Assembly: GCF_018350175.1 (NCBI RefSeq)
Contig: NC_058368.1
Span: forward strand, 212,290,001-212,354,000
Source of the DNA: Felis catus
Lineage: Eukaryota
Direction: 5' to 3'
DNA: 64,000 nucleotides
Positions 38,600 to 50,349 of this stretch are shown here, in pieces (position 1 is the first letter of the stretch; every line of letters starts with the position of its first letter). The notes under the pieces were generated by a model that made no database searches, was not told the origin of the DNA, and saw only the letters and a program-made list of their open reading frames with translations. A program made the position numbers and the translations under genes.

Positions 38600-41500
38600 T
38601 TCAATATCTCACTCCTAGGTCTGTATTCATTTTCCTGCACCGTAAATTAAAATCTATAATTTGGATTTTATTATATTACAGTCACTATTCACACTTGGGT
38701 TTTAAATTCTTAGTTTGTTCAAGTGTAAATTGGGATTCCCTGCTATCCTTTCCTTAGACACAAGATTTTGCAGGCTTCTAACTAGAAACACTAGATGGTT
38801 CTAGCAAAGTTGGGTTTGAATGGAATGGAACACAAACAGATTTGCAACAGTATTCAGTTTTGTTGAAAACCCACAGAGTTTGAAAAATACTATACAAAAC
38901 TGCTAGGTAGGAATGTGTTCGGGGTTTTAGTGAATGCAATATTGAGAACGTTTTTGGGGAATTTGGACCAAACTGTTCATTGCTTGACTTGCTCGGCCCT
39001 TCTCAAGAGTACTAGGGAAGTTTGGTAGAAAACATTGGAAATTGGTTTAGTCTATTAATAGCCCACCTGGTGAGGTGGAAAGCATCCTAGTGACTAGAAG
39101 AAAACCTTTCTGTCTTGGAATTAGTCCAAATATAACAGCACAACAAGGGTGGAGACAGTGCGTAGACAATGCTTTAAACAAGAGAATTCCAGCTCTTTCA
39201 GGAAGTCCTCCTAGACAAGTCAGGGTAATAACCAGCCAAAACAATCTTGAGCTCATGCTTTTATTCTCAATATATTCAATAAACAATTAGCAAATATTAC
39301 TAAGCCTCTTCTGTGTGCCAGGCACTGGGGATACCATGCCTTTTAGAGGAGCTCTTTCCCCTTAGCAGGTTGTGTTCTATTATGGAATTTCCAGAGGATC
39401 TTTGGAAATTGTCCTTGACCTGCAGTTCAAGGATACTACAGCAGGTGTCCAGGTGCATCTTTGAGTTGTTGTGGAAGGAAAATTGAATGTAATCCACAAC
39501 TGAAGTTCAAATATTAATACATCTGTCTGATGCATGGGGATAGGAGATAAAGTGGCAGTTAGGGATCATGGATCCCCTGAGAGAAAATGATTGTGAGTAA
39601 AGAAATTGGGCTCGTTGTTTCAGATAGAACATTGTCATGGTCTATATACTGGAGAGTGTGCAGTGGTTCCAGTGTTGGTATGAGACTATACTTGACCCAA
39701 TCAATTCTCCCTCACCTTCCATGGGTGCTTATTTCATTCTATCGTGTATTATGCTATTTACGTGTCTCTTTTTCTATCTAGACCATAAAGCAGGTCTATC
39801 TAGACTTAAAAGCAGGATATATATATTTAAAATAGTAACTTTTGTTTTTTTCTCTTACTTCAAGAGAAATGCATGTGTATTAACAGACACTTAGAAAATA
39901 AATATAAGTAAAATGATGAAACAACTAGTTAGTGTGGTAGTGCATAACCTTCTAATATATATAGAGAGAGATCTAAATATATGTATATATACATATTCAC
40001 ATGCTCATACATACATGAAACAATCACATAAATGGATAATAAAGTTGACTATAGGTATACTACCCTATCTACCTAAAAATAACCCTATATCTTTGTGTCA
40101 TTAAATATCTCCAACACCATAATTTTTAAGTAACTTCATAACAATCCATGTTATAGATATACATGATTTATTTAATCAATTTCTTGCAATTGGAAACTAT
40201 TCATAATTGGACATTATTCCCTTATTTTAAAAAGTGCAATAAATATCATTTTGCTAATTTTTCTACATATCAAAGATTTCTCCTTAGAACAGATTTTTAG
40301 AATAGAATTCATTGGATGAAATACACAATTAGATGAAATCTGACAGATATCTGCCGTTGTGTAACAACCATTATAACCATGATCTAGAACTTTTCAATCA
40401 CTTCAAAAAGTTTCCTTTTGCCATTTGCAGTTCATCCCTTCTCCCCATTCCTTCATTAACTACTGACTTATTTTATTTATTTATTTTGGTCTGACTTCTG
40501 TTACTTAGCATAATGCTTTAGAGATTCATACATGCTGTGTGTTTATTGGTAGTCCTTTTCTTTTTTTTTTGTTGAGCAATATTCTATGAGTGCATCCCAA
40601 AATATTTATTCCATTTACCATTTGGTGAATATTTATTTTTTTAATCTCCCAATTTTCAGCTATAATGAGTAAAGCTGCTCTGAATATATGAGCACACATC
40701 TTCATGAAAGCATATATCTTCATGAAGACATATAAATATTTAGAATCTTAGTTGCTGGGTCACATGTATGCTTAACTTTGCAAGAAATCCAAATTTATGA
40801 GCATTTCAGTTGTCCTACATTCTTGCCAATCCTTGGGTATTGTCAGTCTTTTTGATTTTAGAAGTTCTAGGGTCCTAGAGTATGAGCGGTATATTCAATT
40901 ATGGTTTTAATTGCATTTCCTTGATGACTAATGAGGTTGAGCAGTTTTTGCCATTCATATATGTACTTTGGTAAAATATCTGCAAAATCTTTGTTCCTTT
41001 TATTGTTGTCATTTTCTTCTTAATGAATTGTAACCAGTTTAAAAATATAATTTGGGTAAGAGTCTTCATTAGATACAGGTTCTGCAAATATCTGCTCCAA
41101 TAATTGTTTGTGGCTTCCCTTTTCATTTTCTTAACAGAAGGGCCTTTCTTTGGAAGGACAAATGTTTTCAATTTTAATGAAATCCAATTTTTTCTATTTT
41201 TAAATATTTTATGCTTTTTGTAACCAATTTTAAAAACTTTGCTTAACAAAAGGTCACTAAGATATTCTCTTATGATTTCTTCCAGAAATTTTATAGTAGC
41301 TTTTATTAAAACTATGTTTGGTTCCATAATCCATTTCAAGTTAATTTTTGTATATTGGAGAATGTAAAGAGTTTTCTTTTTTGCATATGGATATTCAGTT
41401 ATTTCAGCATCATTTGTTAAAAAGATTTCCTTTCCTTCACTGAATTGCCTTGGAACATTTGTTGAAAATCAATTGACTATATATATGAAGGTCTCTTTGT

Positions 41501-42670
41501 GAAATTTTAATTCTGTTACTTTGATCAGTATGTTTAACTTTATGCCAATACCATTCTCTCTTGTTTACTGTAGCATTATAGTAAGTCCTCAGATTAACTT
41601 TATCCTTTTGTTCCAAAATTATTTTGGCTACTTTAGTTCTTTTGTATTTCTATATAAATTTGTGGATCAGTTTGTCAGTTTCTAAAAGGTATCTTCTTGG
41701 ATTTTTTAATGGGAATTTTATTGAATCTATAAATTAACTTAGAATTGCCATCTTAACAATATTGAGTATTCTGATCCATGGCCATAGTATATCTCTCAAT
41801 TTATTTATGTCTTTTAAATTTTTTCAGCAATGTTTTATAGTTTTCTGTGTATAGATGATGCATATATTTTGTTGTTTATACCTAATAATTTTATGGTTTG
41901 ATGTTATTATAAATGATAATTTTAAGAATTTCCATTTATGGGGCGTCTGGGTGACTCAGTTGGTGATGCATCTGACTCTTGGTTTCGGCTCAGGTCATGA
42001 TCTCATGGTTTTGTGGATTCGAGCCCCATGTTGGGCTCCTTCATTCTGGTGAGTGCAGAGCCTGCTTGGGATTCTCTGTCTCCTCTCTCTGTCCCTTCCC
42101 TGTTTGCACTGTCTCTGTCTCTCTTGAAATAAATAAATAAACTTAAAAAAATTCCACTTACAATTGTTGCTGGTTGATAGAACACAACTGATTTTTAAAA
42201 TATTGATCTCATAGGAGTGCCTGAGTGGCTCGGTCCTTTGAGCATCCAACTCTTGATTTAGGCTTGGGTCATGATAGCACGATTTGTGAGATCGAGCCCA
42301 TGGTTTGTGGGATTCTCTCTCTCCCTCTCTCTGTCCCTCCCCCACTCACACACGTGTGCTCCCTCTCTCTAAAAATAAATAAAAATAAAACTTAAAAAAA
42401 ATATTGACCTCATAAACTGCAAACTTGCTAAATTCACATATTAGTTCTAGTTTCTTTTAGGTAGATTCCTTAGGATTTTCTTTAGTCATGCTTTATTCAA
42501 ATAAAGACAGTTTTATGTTTTCTTTCCAATCTGTATGCCTTTTATTTCTTTTTCTCCTTGAGGGAGAATAGGGCAGATACTTAAGCCATCTGGAATGGCT
42601 TGAGTGACAGGAGAGACAAGTGACCTTGGGATCAAGGGATGGGGCCAGGATAAGTATTACCTCTGGCCAT
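38600..42670 (-). pseudogene. TRIM60/75-like unit 11 (split by a ~2.2 kb L1)
   Basis: ATG at ~42670 then KVTCLSC; after the L1, B-box MTMFYLKQRAQFLYSQS..NCHFISYP (~39530-39645); IENKSMSSRLFWL (ORF 39047-39286) vs VEGKSVQSNLELL; NPEH/YLAVL. Confidence 0.65.
40330..42560 (-). mobile_element. Old LINE-1 (L1M-type) fragment containing two + strand CAN-SINEs (41940-42150, 42214-42400)
   Basis: ORF 40899-41339 has L1 ORF2 motifs (CSTSLVIKEMQ). Confidence 0.85.
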
Positions 42671-42689
42671 TATCTGCATGCTTTGAATA

Positions 42690-43970
42690 TTCTGCTGGTG
42701 CCAAGGGAAAAAAATATGTGGGCCTTATGGCTTGTTCAGCTGTGGGGTAAAAGGGTAAACAAGAGAGGTAAGGCTTAGAAATTGTTAAAGATTCAACATC
42801 AAAACTGGAATCATTCTATTATAGTTTGATTTGCTAAAATAATTTTTAAAAATTGGAACATCAGCATCAGGAACTTCAAAGCTGGTGGTTTAGGAACAAG
42901 ATGACTCCATTGGTTTGTGGTTTTAATTTCATCTAGATGGCCTTTAGGAACTTTAAGGAATTTAATAACATGGACAATAAGAAAATAATATTACCAGCAG
43001 TATGCTGTCAACTGTAAGCTCCACCCGACCACCTAAAGACCCTTTCCCTACTTCTTCATCTTTTCATCTGGCTTTATTTTATTTTATTTATTTTATTTTA
43101 TTTTATTTTATTTATTATTATTATTGTCTTATTTTAGAGAGAGAGCACACGAGTGGGGGAGAGGGGCAGAGGGAAAGAGAGAAAAAATTTTAAGCAGGCT
43201 CCATGCTCAGCACAGAGCCTGATTCAGAACTCGATCCCACGACCCTGGTATCATGACCTGAGCTGAAATCAAGAGTCAGATGCTCAACAGACTGAGCCAC
43301 CCAGGCTCCTTCATCTGGCTTTATTTTAAAAGGTGGGTGTAATCCCAGACAATTATTCTTTTGGCCATCAATTTTCATCTTTTTATCTGGCCAACCCCAT
43401 CACTAATTGCTCAGTTGGGGAATCCAATAATTTTTTTTCATTGCTTCATGCAGACTAGAAATACTAGTATCAGAGATGATTTTGCCTATTACTAAATGAG
43501 TCTTCAATGACTTGATTTCCTGCTGTTGTTAGTAATAACTTCTCTCTCCTTTCCTTTCTCTCTTAAATTCAGAAAGCTCAGCACTGAGGCCAGCTCTGAT
43601 CTCTTCACATTTGAAATCAACTCAGTACTTGCATTCTTGAACTTCCTCCAACCAAATTACTAGACGAATGTATTCCTGAGGCAACTGCTCTGGTGATTAC
43701 ACTGATTTTGCCTTTTTTCTGGTGACAGGTGTTAGGACCATGACAACTATGACTCACTGGGAAAAAAGAAATCCTAAATCAAATTCTGCCCAGGACGTAG
43801 GCATCCAGGCTGTCTGGTGTTTGCCATGTTTACTAGTGCTGCAGAAAGGAGATCTTGTTTTCCCAGTCATCACTTAAGGACACCCTCACCAGGCTGTCTG
43901 TCTGGCCTGCCTGGAGAATGCTGGAGATCTGATTTAATTCTTCCTGATTGCTAAGGGTAAAAGAGACCAT
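42690..43970 (-). pseudogene. TRIM60/75-like unit 10
   Basis: MVSFTLSNQEELN; DLGFLFSQ*; coiled coil ECKY*VDFKCEEIRAG (vs ELKKKVEYKREEINSE); SPRY IKTT/NGV..FLNHQL* (~42875-42930) and EQAIRPTYFF (~42710-42738). Confidence 0.65.
43075..43308 (-). mobile_element. CAN-SINE, older subfamily
   Basis: TSD ttcatctggctttatttt. Confidence 0.88.
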
Positions 43971-44256
43971 GTCTCCCCGCCCCCAACCCCAACCCTGAGT
44001 GCAGTTAGCTTGCAGAGCAGCACCGCTGGACTTGCATTCAAGGGTAGAATTTCTGTCATTAGTAGAGAGGTTAGCAGTTTCTGACCGGAGAGTGAGTAAC
44101 ACTAAAACTGTAAATACCTCAAATTTCTCTACCCTCCACAGATAAGATGTTTGGGAACAATGTGTCCTCAAGAACTTAGAATCTCACTAGGGGTATAAGA
44201 TGGGTAAATGACTCATCTCAAAAGGATCTCTTAGTGTGAATTAAGAATCCTTATAG

Positions 44257-44468
44257 GGGGGCGCCTGGGTGGCGCAGTCGGTTAAGCGTCCGACTTCAGC
44301 CAGGTCACGATCTCGCGGTCCGGGAGTTCGAGCCCCGCGTCAGGCTCTGTTTCCGATTCTGTGTCTCCCTCTCTCTCTGCCCCTCCCCCGTTCATGCTCT
44401 GTCTCTCTCTGTCCCAAAAATAAATAAACGTTGAAAAAAAAAATTAAAAAAAAAATTAAAAAAAAAAA
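44257..44468 (+). mobile_element. Young CAN-SINE with a 27-bp internal deletion
   Basis: caggctctg|tttccgattc junction at ~44349; TSD aagaatcctt(t)atagg. Confidence 0.9.
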
Positions 44469-45039
44469 GAATCCTTTATAGGAAAAGTAAAAACTATGGA
44501 ATATAAAGTGATTGCTAATAAATAATAAGAAAATAATATTTCACTACTATGTGGCAGATATCATAGTAGTATTATCACATACTGCAAACTAATTACTTTA
44601 ATAATAATAATAATAATAATATCATCTAACATTTCTTGAACACCTACCATATACCAGGCAGTACTAAGTGTTTTTATAGACTACTTCGTCATTATTCAAA
44701 GTAGGTGCTATTACCATCTCTATTTTTAGATAAGGAAACTGAGGCTCAGATGTATGAAGCAACTTGACCACGATTCCACTAATGATGAGTGGCATATCTG
44801 GGATTCTGAAAGTCAAAGTTATATTTCCCCCTCTTCTGTGTGATTACTCTGTAGACAAATGCCTACAGGATTTGAAATGGGATGGTGATCAGAGAAAACT
44901 TCAGAGAACAGGTCAAATGGGATGGCTTTGAAGAATTAGTTGGAATTGGGACAATGGAAATAGTTAGGAGAGAGGGGACCTAGCATTGCAGGTAGAAGAC
45001 ATAATGGATAAAGGCTCCGTGAGCATTGTTTTGTCTTTA

Positions 45040-45215
45040 TTCTGTGAGCTCATCTCCCCAATGTCCCCTGCCTGCTCATACATCTTGGACAGGTATATGA
45101 ACTACCGTATTGGGTTCTGACACGGTTGTTTTGTTAAGACCACTCTATCATGACTAGGTAATGGGATCCCTTCTAAAGGGGGATGGATTTCTGAGTACCT
45201 CATTTATGGAAGAGA
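45040..45215 (-). pseudogene. TRIM-like unit 9 (RING remnant only)
   Basis: EVL..RDPIT*S*...SYTCPRCM..LG/LTE directly after the end of unit 8. Confidence 0.5.
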
Positions 45216-45239
45216 ACAATCTTCTGATGGAACGTTGAT

Positions 45240-47095
45240 TCTCCCAGTTTTGGGGAGGGAACATCAGCTTCTTTCAAGTCTACATCTTTATGAGTCTGGA
45301 CTTTGAGATGGGTTCAAGGGCCTTACTGAGCGGTAAGGAAAGATTCTTACTTCTATCTTGAGGCAGAGGGTTCATAGTAAGCGGTCTTCCCATAGAAGAT
45401 ATTTTGGAAGACACAGCTGAAGATATTCTAGAAGACAGATTATCTTGCTTCATTTACTCTACTTCCTTTTTGTAATGTGAGGACTTCAGCAAAGTTTTAT
45501 TTAAATGCTTAAAATTGATCTTGGCAATGTTATGCCATTTGAGCCAAAACCAGTAAGGCCCCCTGAAGTCAGGGTGATGAGGGTAGCAGTAATCCATTCT
45601 CTCTCCCCAACAGTATCTATATTATTGTTAATCCCAACAATATCTGTATCAACATACATTTTGAAAATACTGGCACTTGTATATATGAGCTATTTTTTAT
45701 GTATTTTACAGAAAGTGTAGTTTGTGCTTATGGATTTTCTGATATTTTTGCAGTAACTCTGAAGCTTCCTTCCCAGGTAAAGACACACACAGAAACACAT
45801 ACCTATCTGCCTCCTAGCCTTAGTGACAGAGTTGTCTTATTATATATTTTACCAAATGCCTCATAGGAAATGGAGGGCTGAGGTTGCAGTAGGAAGGCCA
45901 TCACAGCAATGACAGTCTTTTACAAGGTGCAGAGGCAGTGGCCACCTCCCTGCTTTCTACAAGTACATATCCCTGCTTTCTCTTCAGTACGTATTGGAGA
46001 AAGACCAAACTTCTTACCCAGGGATTTGAAAACTTCCCGGACAGAGCCTAAACGTCCATTTCTAGATATTTTTTATTAGAATTTCCTTTACCAAATGCTT
46101 TCTTTTTCTGCCAACACTCATTTTTTCTCATTTCTACTTCTTGCTTTATATAAAATACCCTCCTTGTGAAAATACCTGCCAGTCCCTCAAAGCCAGGTTC
46201 ACCTCTTCCCTGAAGCCTTACCTGACTTGGTCCTCAGCCTGTCTCTTACTTCCTGGTACCATTCATCTTGTTACTTAACTATACTCTTATTTTTCACTTA
46301 CTTAGATTTACTTCGATTCAGTTCAGTTCATACTTGTTAGCACTTTCAGAGTACCACACAGCAGGCCAGTTTCCAGGATTATAAACAGAGTGAAAATTCT
46401 GTCTCTGCTACTAAGAAACTAAGTAGTTTCCTCTTATACATTTTAGATCCCCAACTTTACTGCGAGCAATTTTATTTTTATATACCCTATTGCATCAAGC
46501 AGATAGAAATAGTTTAAAAATACATTTGAATCGAGATAATAGGAAGTCACTGATGAGATCTCTCAGGGGTTATGTATTGAAAGTCTTAAATCTTAAAAAT
46601 GATTGAATTCTGTGGCTGTAGATTTCCCTTTGACCATGGTGAGGGGGCTGATTAGAAGATAGTCAGGTATTGGCTCAACACTGAACCTGTTTAGGGAATC
46701 CACCCTAAGCTCAGGTGGAGGGTAGAAAGGCAAGCGATCTTTCCTTAGGGGTTCAAAGAGGGAGAGACTGATCAAAGAACACCGCAGAGCTAGACTATGA
46801 AGGGTCTGGGTGCCTAGCACCAGTTCACTGTGTTGTTTGTAATGTATGAATGCTGACAGAATCAGAAATGACTGGATTTGGGGTTTAAAGAAATGGATAC
46901 CTCAATTTCTTCTTGGCTGCGTCATCTATATGTCCACTTTGGACTGCCTCTCTTCCACATCCTCTGTTGGGCGGAAGCATGGCACACCAGACTCTCCCAG
47001 CAATTCCTCGTAGGCTGGCAGAAGAGACTGCCCATGAGAAATGCCCAATAAAATATGTCACTTGACTTTAAGTTTTCCAATCGAGTGACCCCAGT
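45240..47095 (-). pseudogene. TRIM60/75-like unit 8
   Basis: RING LENLKS/VTYFI, ISHGQS/FCQ, CWE/SGVPCFRPT..SKVDI (46925-47085); B-box GARHPDP..DQSLPL* (~46760-46825); SELLQKYQKIH; SPRY RYCWD/TVGEREWI (~45590-45650). Confidence 0.65.
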
Positions 47096-48600
47096 AGGAT
47101 CAAGCGACTTTTCTCCCAAAGCACAGATGGCAATGGAGGAAGCAAGAAAAGCAGAGGGCCCTTGGCACACAAGCATTTCATTTATATCTTATCTTTGAGC
47201 AGTAAATCCCACCAACGCTCCAGTGTTCCACTTGTAGGAATACTCACACATACCCACTGAGAGGACATGCCTTACCTTCCAAACTCATGTGTGACAGCTG
47301 CAGAGGAATCAGGGGGGAAGAAGTGAATATTTCCATATCTCATTAGTGAAATAGTTAAAACTGGAGCAAAGCCATTCCGAATCAATAGCTCTTCTTGGCC
47401 GTCTGCCTTAGGGAAATTGCTTCAACTCCTTGAATTTCAGTTTCCTCACCTCACTTCTAAAATGTGGATAATAGTAACTATGCCACTAGAAGTTTTACTC
47501 AGGTGTTCAGTGTCATCTTGTTTGGTTTTAATGTTATAGAAAGATGGGAAATTCAAAAGGTAATGTTCCTGTTCTCTGGCACATTCCACATGTCCTGTAT
47601 TCAGGAGTTTTGTGCTCCCTGGTTCCTAAAGGAATTACGTTTCTTTGTATATTAGGCATTCCCCTCTGCCAAGGCCATCGCCACCCAGAGCTTTGTTTGG
47701 AAATCAGACATAGCTGTGGACAGGAAAGAGGAAATTAAGTGGTGGCTGATTTTTAGTTATCTCAGGTGGGTTAAGCAAAATTTGATTTGAATTAAAAAAT
47801 TAAAAGCATGTGATAGTATTGGTACATCAGTGTTATGGAAGAAGTTCATATCGGAGTTAATGTAAGGGCTGAAATCAGCATATGTGAAAGTACCTAGCCC
47901 AGAGTCTGACTCAAAGCCTGGTCTCAAAAAGTGCTTATTTCTCTTTTCTGCCTGTTTATTTGTACTTTGTTATTCAGGAAATGCCTGTCAGTTGAGCCAT
48001 TTGAAATGCAAATATCTACCCTCTATTTAGACCAGCTATCAACAAACTGGATCACTTGTACCCCTAGTGTGCACAGAAACACCTAGAGGGGTAGAGTGGG
48101 TTGAGAGAGATTTAGGGAATATGTTTCTAGATCCTCAAGCTCTACATTTACTTTTTCCTATAATTGATCAGCCTGAATTAGACGTCATTCTAGGTCTCTT
48201 TCCCCATTTTCCTTTCATAATCACCTTTCTAACCACTTGACAGAAGAGAGGCATACCTCCCACCATTTCTGAATCTTACTGAGTCGGAATACTGTGTTGC
48301 CTGGGGAGAGGTTCTCAAATAAAGCAAAAAACAGAAATGGGAAAAATATGTGCTGGCAGAAAAAGAGAGCATTTGGTAAAGGAAGGTGCAATGAAAAAAA
48401 TCTAGAAAGAGAAATGTAGGCTCAATTTGTGAGGTTTTCAAATCCTTGGCTGAAGGATTTCTCCCATATGCACTGAAGAGTCTTTGTGGAAAGCAAGGAA
48501 GTTGCCAATGCCTCTGCATCTTGTAAAAGACTGTCATTGCTCTGATGGCCTTCCTATTGCAACGGAGCCCTACATTTCCCATGAGATATTTTGTAAAATA
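45845..48600. repeat. Inverted repeat, arms 45845-46150 and 48317-48600
   Basis: The reverse complement of 48317-48600 aligns along its length to 45845-46150 (roughly 80% by eye), e.g. aggaaggccatca(c/g)agcaatgacagtcttttacaag. Confidence 0.92.
47490..48145 (-). pseudogene. TRIM-like unit 7 (partial: RING/B-box remnants)
   Basis: LEDLETYSLNL; QMAQLTGIS (vs QLRNLTEIA); B-box QLCLISKQS (~47680-47715). Very degraded. Confidence 0.4.
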
Positions 48601-48920
48601 TGGAATATATATTTTGTAACAAATATATGTTATATGATATGTAGTATATATTGTGTTTATATATTATTACAAGATATATGTCTAGTAAAATTTTACTTTT
48701 TTATTCAATAATTATCAAATTTTGTAATATATTTATGTTGTTTGGAACAGTTTTGTGCTACTAATAATCTTAATGTGTAATTCAATCTAGAAGAAATTAT
48801 AAACATAAGAGTATTATGGAAATAGGAAATTAAAAATATAAATACATATCTGAATAACATGTATACTTTTGTCGTAGAGAACTATGATAGGGTGATCAAC
48901 AAAGCATGGAGATGTATTTC

Positions 48921-49164
48921 TTTTTTTTTTTCTTTCTTTTTTAAATATTTATTTACTCTGAGAGAGAGAGAGAGAGAGAGAGGGAGGAAGGAGTGGGGGA
49001 GGGGGGGAGAGAGAGAGAGAGAGAGAGGGAGACACAGAATCCAAAGCAGGCTCCAGGCTCTGAGCTGTGAGCACAGAGCCTCAAGTGGGGCTCGAACCCC
49101 TGGACCGCTAGGTCATGACCTGAGGGGAAGTCAAACGCATAACCGACTGAACCACCCAGGCGCC
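48921..49164 (-). mobile_element. CAN-SINE
   Basis: TSD ggagat(g/a)tatttctt. Confidence 0.9.
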
Positions 49165-49639
49165 CGGAGATATATTTCTTTGAACAAATTCTGTGAGGGC
49201 ATTCTCTTTAGTGACTAAAAAGTAACAGTGTGAAATATATGTTAAAAGCAGTGTTCATTTACCTACTTTCAAGTGGATGGATATCAAATCATTGTAGTAT
49301 TTAGATTTCATTGGACAGATGTATAAAGAGAGTTTTGTTTTTATATGTTACTATTTACAATACACTGGAAATATCACCCTTTGCAATGATTTAAATTTAT
49401 GATGAGAAATTTTAAAGGACAGAAGTTAAAAATGTGTGAATGGGTATTTAACTTTCAAACTTTGGAAGTAAATAATCCAAAAAATTTGAAGACTACTGTT
49501 ACAGGTAGCGTGCAAAATGCAGTTTGGTTAAGGCTGGTGCTCTCCTTACAGTGGGTAGCCAGGAGTAGGTGGGGAGAAGTGGGGAGAAATGGGGAGCAGT
49601 GAAGCTGGGGAAATTGTACTACTATATGTAGTACAGTGA

Positions 49640-49800
49640 ACGTACCATAGAGGGGCGCTGGAGGACTGGAAGACAGAGAGGCGTCGGCTGGGATGGGCGG
49701 GACACGAGTGGCTCTTGGAAAAAGCGCGGGGCAAACAAAATGGCGGCCGTTCGACTGAAAGGGGCGGCTCCGCAGAGATTCGGCCAGGTTAGTGACAGCG
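49640..49800 (+). promoter_or_regulatory. Small orphan CpG island with YY1 and GC-box motifs
   Basis: Local CpG cluster with CAAAATGGCGGC (49736-49747), GGGCGG at ~49695 and ~49762, and donor-like CAG|GTTAGT at 49788. Confidence 0.6.
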
Positions 49801-50349
49801 AATTGGTTTGGAGCAACAGCTGCTGTCAGGACAGGCTTCCAGCGAGATGGGACATGAAGGGGTTCCAGCCATGCCCCGTGGGTGAGTTGGAGTCAGTGCT
49901 AGTGGAAAGGCGTCTTTTTTTTTTTTTTTTTTTCACTTGGGAGATGCGGAAAGGCCCGTTTCTGAACACTCATGGCTCAACTAACGCAGAGCAGTCTGTG
50001 TGTCTTACACATAGAAGTGAGAACACCTCAGAATTTCACACACTACTTAGGAAAAGGTGGAAGGTGTTAGTTGGTTGCCATGAATGGGTTTGCCAACCGA
50101 AGAAGCCCAGGGACCCTTGGTGATTATGATGACATCCGTGTAAATACGAACTCGCTCTCCAAAGCCAATCGATATTTGGTTAATTCAACTTCTTAACTTT
50201 GGGAAAGAGTACTCATATCTCAGAGTTCTCTGATCTGCTGGGAAAGTAGGGGCTATTTTCCATGAAAGTAGTGACCTGGGAGAGTTCCCGCAAGGTTTCA
50301 CAGATTATGGCACTGCAGAGACAGTTTCCTAAGTCTTGATTTCAGGTGT

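Larger units (their letters stand above)
48265..50340 (-). pseudogene. TRIM60/75-like unit 6
   Basis: RING IC/ETLRE/GHYFH; B-box VCE..FYV*DTQ/LLCVS*AMS..LPSEK (~49935-50045); AWLEPLH; SLQRVI/FQ; SPRY RHWQLPCFPQRLFSAYGR..KTSQI..LFLDF..YQM (ORF 48229-48582) vs RNWQDQPSVLGGFWAIGR..KTTQL..IFLDY..YNM. Confidence 0.78.

Noticed and set aside
45845..48600. DNA transposon with long terminal inverted repeats
   Set aside because: No transposase or TSD seen; the arm is SPRY-derived and the spacer is array sequence.
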